A stretch of 63,499 bases of DNA, filler included, from Methanobacteriota archaeon (GTDB lineage: Archaea > JACRDV01), in NCBI GenBank assembly GCA_024860865.1. It is 8 parts of 8 records of this genome, joined end to end, with 100 filler letters (N's around TTAATTAATTAA, not from the genome) between each part and the next. Parts side by side here need not be neighbours in the genome. Positions count along the whole stretch, not along the records: positions 56,390 to 63,499 come from JACRDV010000131.1; 7 more parts are not named here. One strand, written 5' to 3'. Shown here piece after piece: positions 62,673 to 63,499 of this stretch (positions within the stretch are counted from its first letter, which is position 1; each line of letters opens with the position of its first letter). A program made the position numbers and the translations under genes. The notes below the pieces were generated by a model, which saw only the letters and a list, made by a program, of their open reading frames with translations, was not told the DNA's origin and did no database searches.

Positions 62673-62697
62673 TTTTTGTTAAACTTATAATTAGAGA

Positions 62698-63499
62698 TTA
62701 TTGCTTTAAAATTCGCGCTCCAAAATAATCAATTTTTGCAACAATTGGTTCGCCATACTTGCCCAAAGTTTTTACAACGCTTTCAACTTTATCTCCTTTA
62801 ACCCCTGCAAATATCGCGTTGCCCAGCATAATCATACTAGCTCCAATAGCACCAGCTTGCTCTGCTTCCTGAACAGCCCTTATAATTACTGGAGTTGCTA
62901 AGCCAGATTTAATCGAAAATTCTTTTGAAAGTTGGAAAAATTTCTCAACTGTTGGCTCTTTTATTATACCTCGAACAAGCGGTCTGCCTGCGCTGTTAAT
63001 TTTCATTTTCATGCTAGGATTTGTTAGAATAGCTTTAGTTTCCAGCTCACTGCCAATTTTCGCACAAACAATCGTCAAATCATCTACTAAAATTCGATCA
63101 ACTACTCCAGCGCCCGGTGGACCAGGTTCTCTTCTTATTTCAAGCCCGCCAAAAACTTGAGCGATCACATCTCCTAATCCAGTTTTGTTCTTAACCTCAG
63201 CTGCATGGGCTATCCTTCCAAGGTCATTTAAAGTGAGCTTTAGATCGATTGCTTTACTCAATGCAATAGCGGTTCCAAGTGCACCTGCTCCGCTTGCTCC
63301 AAATCCAAACTTCATTGGAACCTCGAGCAAATGAGCAACCGATATAGAATATTGCTGGCCTGCCATTTCAAGCATTGTTTTGACAACTGTTTCAGTAACT
63401 GGAGCTGGAACCTGCTTTTCATCAATTGTTATGTTGATTGAAGTTGAGCTTGATTTTTCAGCATTAACTTCGGTTAAAACTCCTTTTGTGATTACAACA
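62698..63499 (-). CDS. Pantoate kinase (GHMP family), 5'-truncated by window edge
   Basis: GFGASGAGAL, AEV...TGLGDV, MIMLGN. Confidence 0.9.
   Translation of the reverse strand, partial: VVITKGVLTEVNAEKSSSTSINITIDEKQVPAPVTETVVKTMLEMAGQQYSISVAHLLEVPMKFGFGASGAGALGTAIALSKAIDLKLTLNDLGRIAHAAEVKNKTGLGDVIAQVFGGLEIRREPGPPGAGVVDRILVDDLTIVCAKIGSELETKAILTNPSMKMKINSAGRPLVRGIIKEPTVEKFFQLSKEFSIKSGLATPVIIRAVQEAEQAGAIGASMIMLGNAIFAGVKGDKVESVVKTLGKYGEPIVAKIDYFGARILKQ

Overview
AT-rich archaeal sequence made of 8 contigs joined by artificial N44-TTAATTAATTAA-N44 spacers, so adjacency across the spacers means nothing. It holds housekeeping genes (pyrG, purA, argD, glmS with a mini-intein, rps15, rps3ae, rpl37e, methanogen-type serS, partial thrS, hisD, mptA, pantoate kinase/phosphopantothenate synthetase, and a ubiX-ubiD-acnX archaeal mevalonate cluster). 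It also has a DsrEFH-like trio, four intron-containing tRNAs, many toxin-antitoxin modules and several integration scars. Main finding: pyrG (CTP synthase, minus strand) is interrupted inside two invariant motifs by 19-nt and 22-nt insertions. Each folds into a bulge-helix-bulge (BHB) splice substrate, and cutting at the canonical BHB positions restores GLGKG and KIDPYLN exactly and gives one ~532-aa frame. These look like tRNA-type micro-introns in the mRNA of a core metabolic gene, in a genome whose tRNAs carry similar introns at non-canonical positions. Secondary signals are apparent non-canonical start codons, an ORB-like box with phased heptamer repeats, and repeat-flanked TA cassettes. 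All calls come from reading the sequence; no searches were run.
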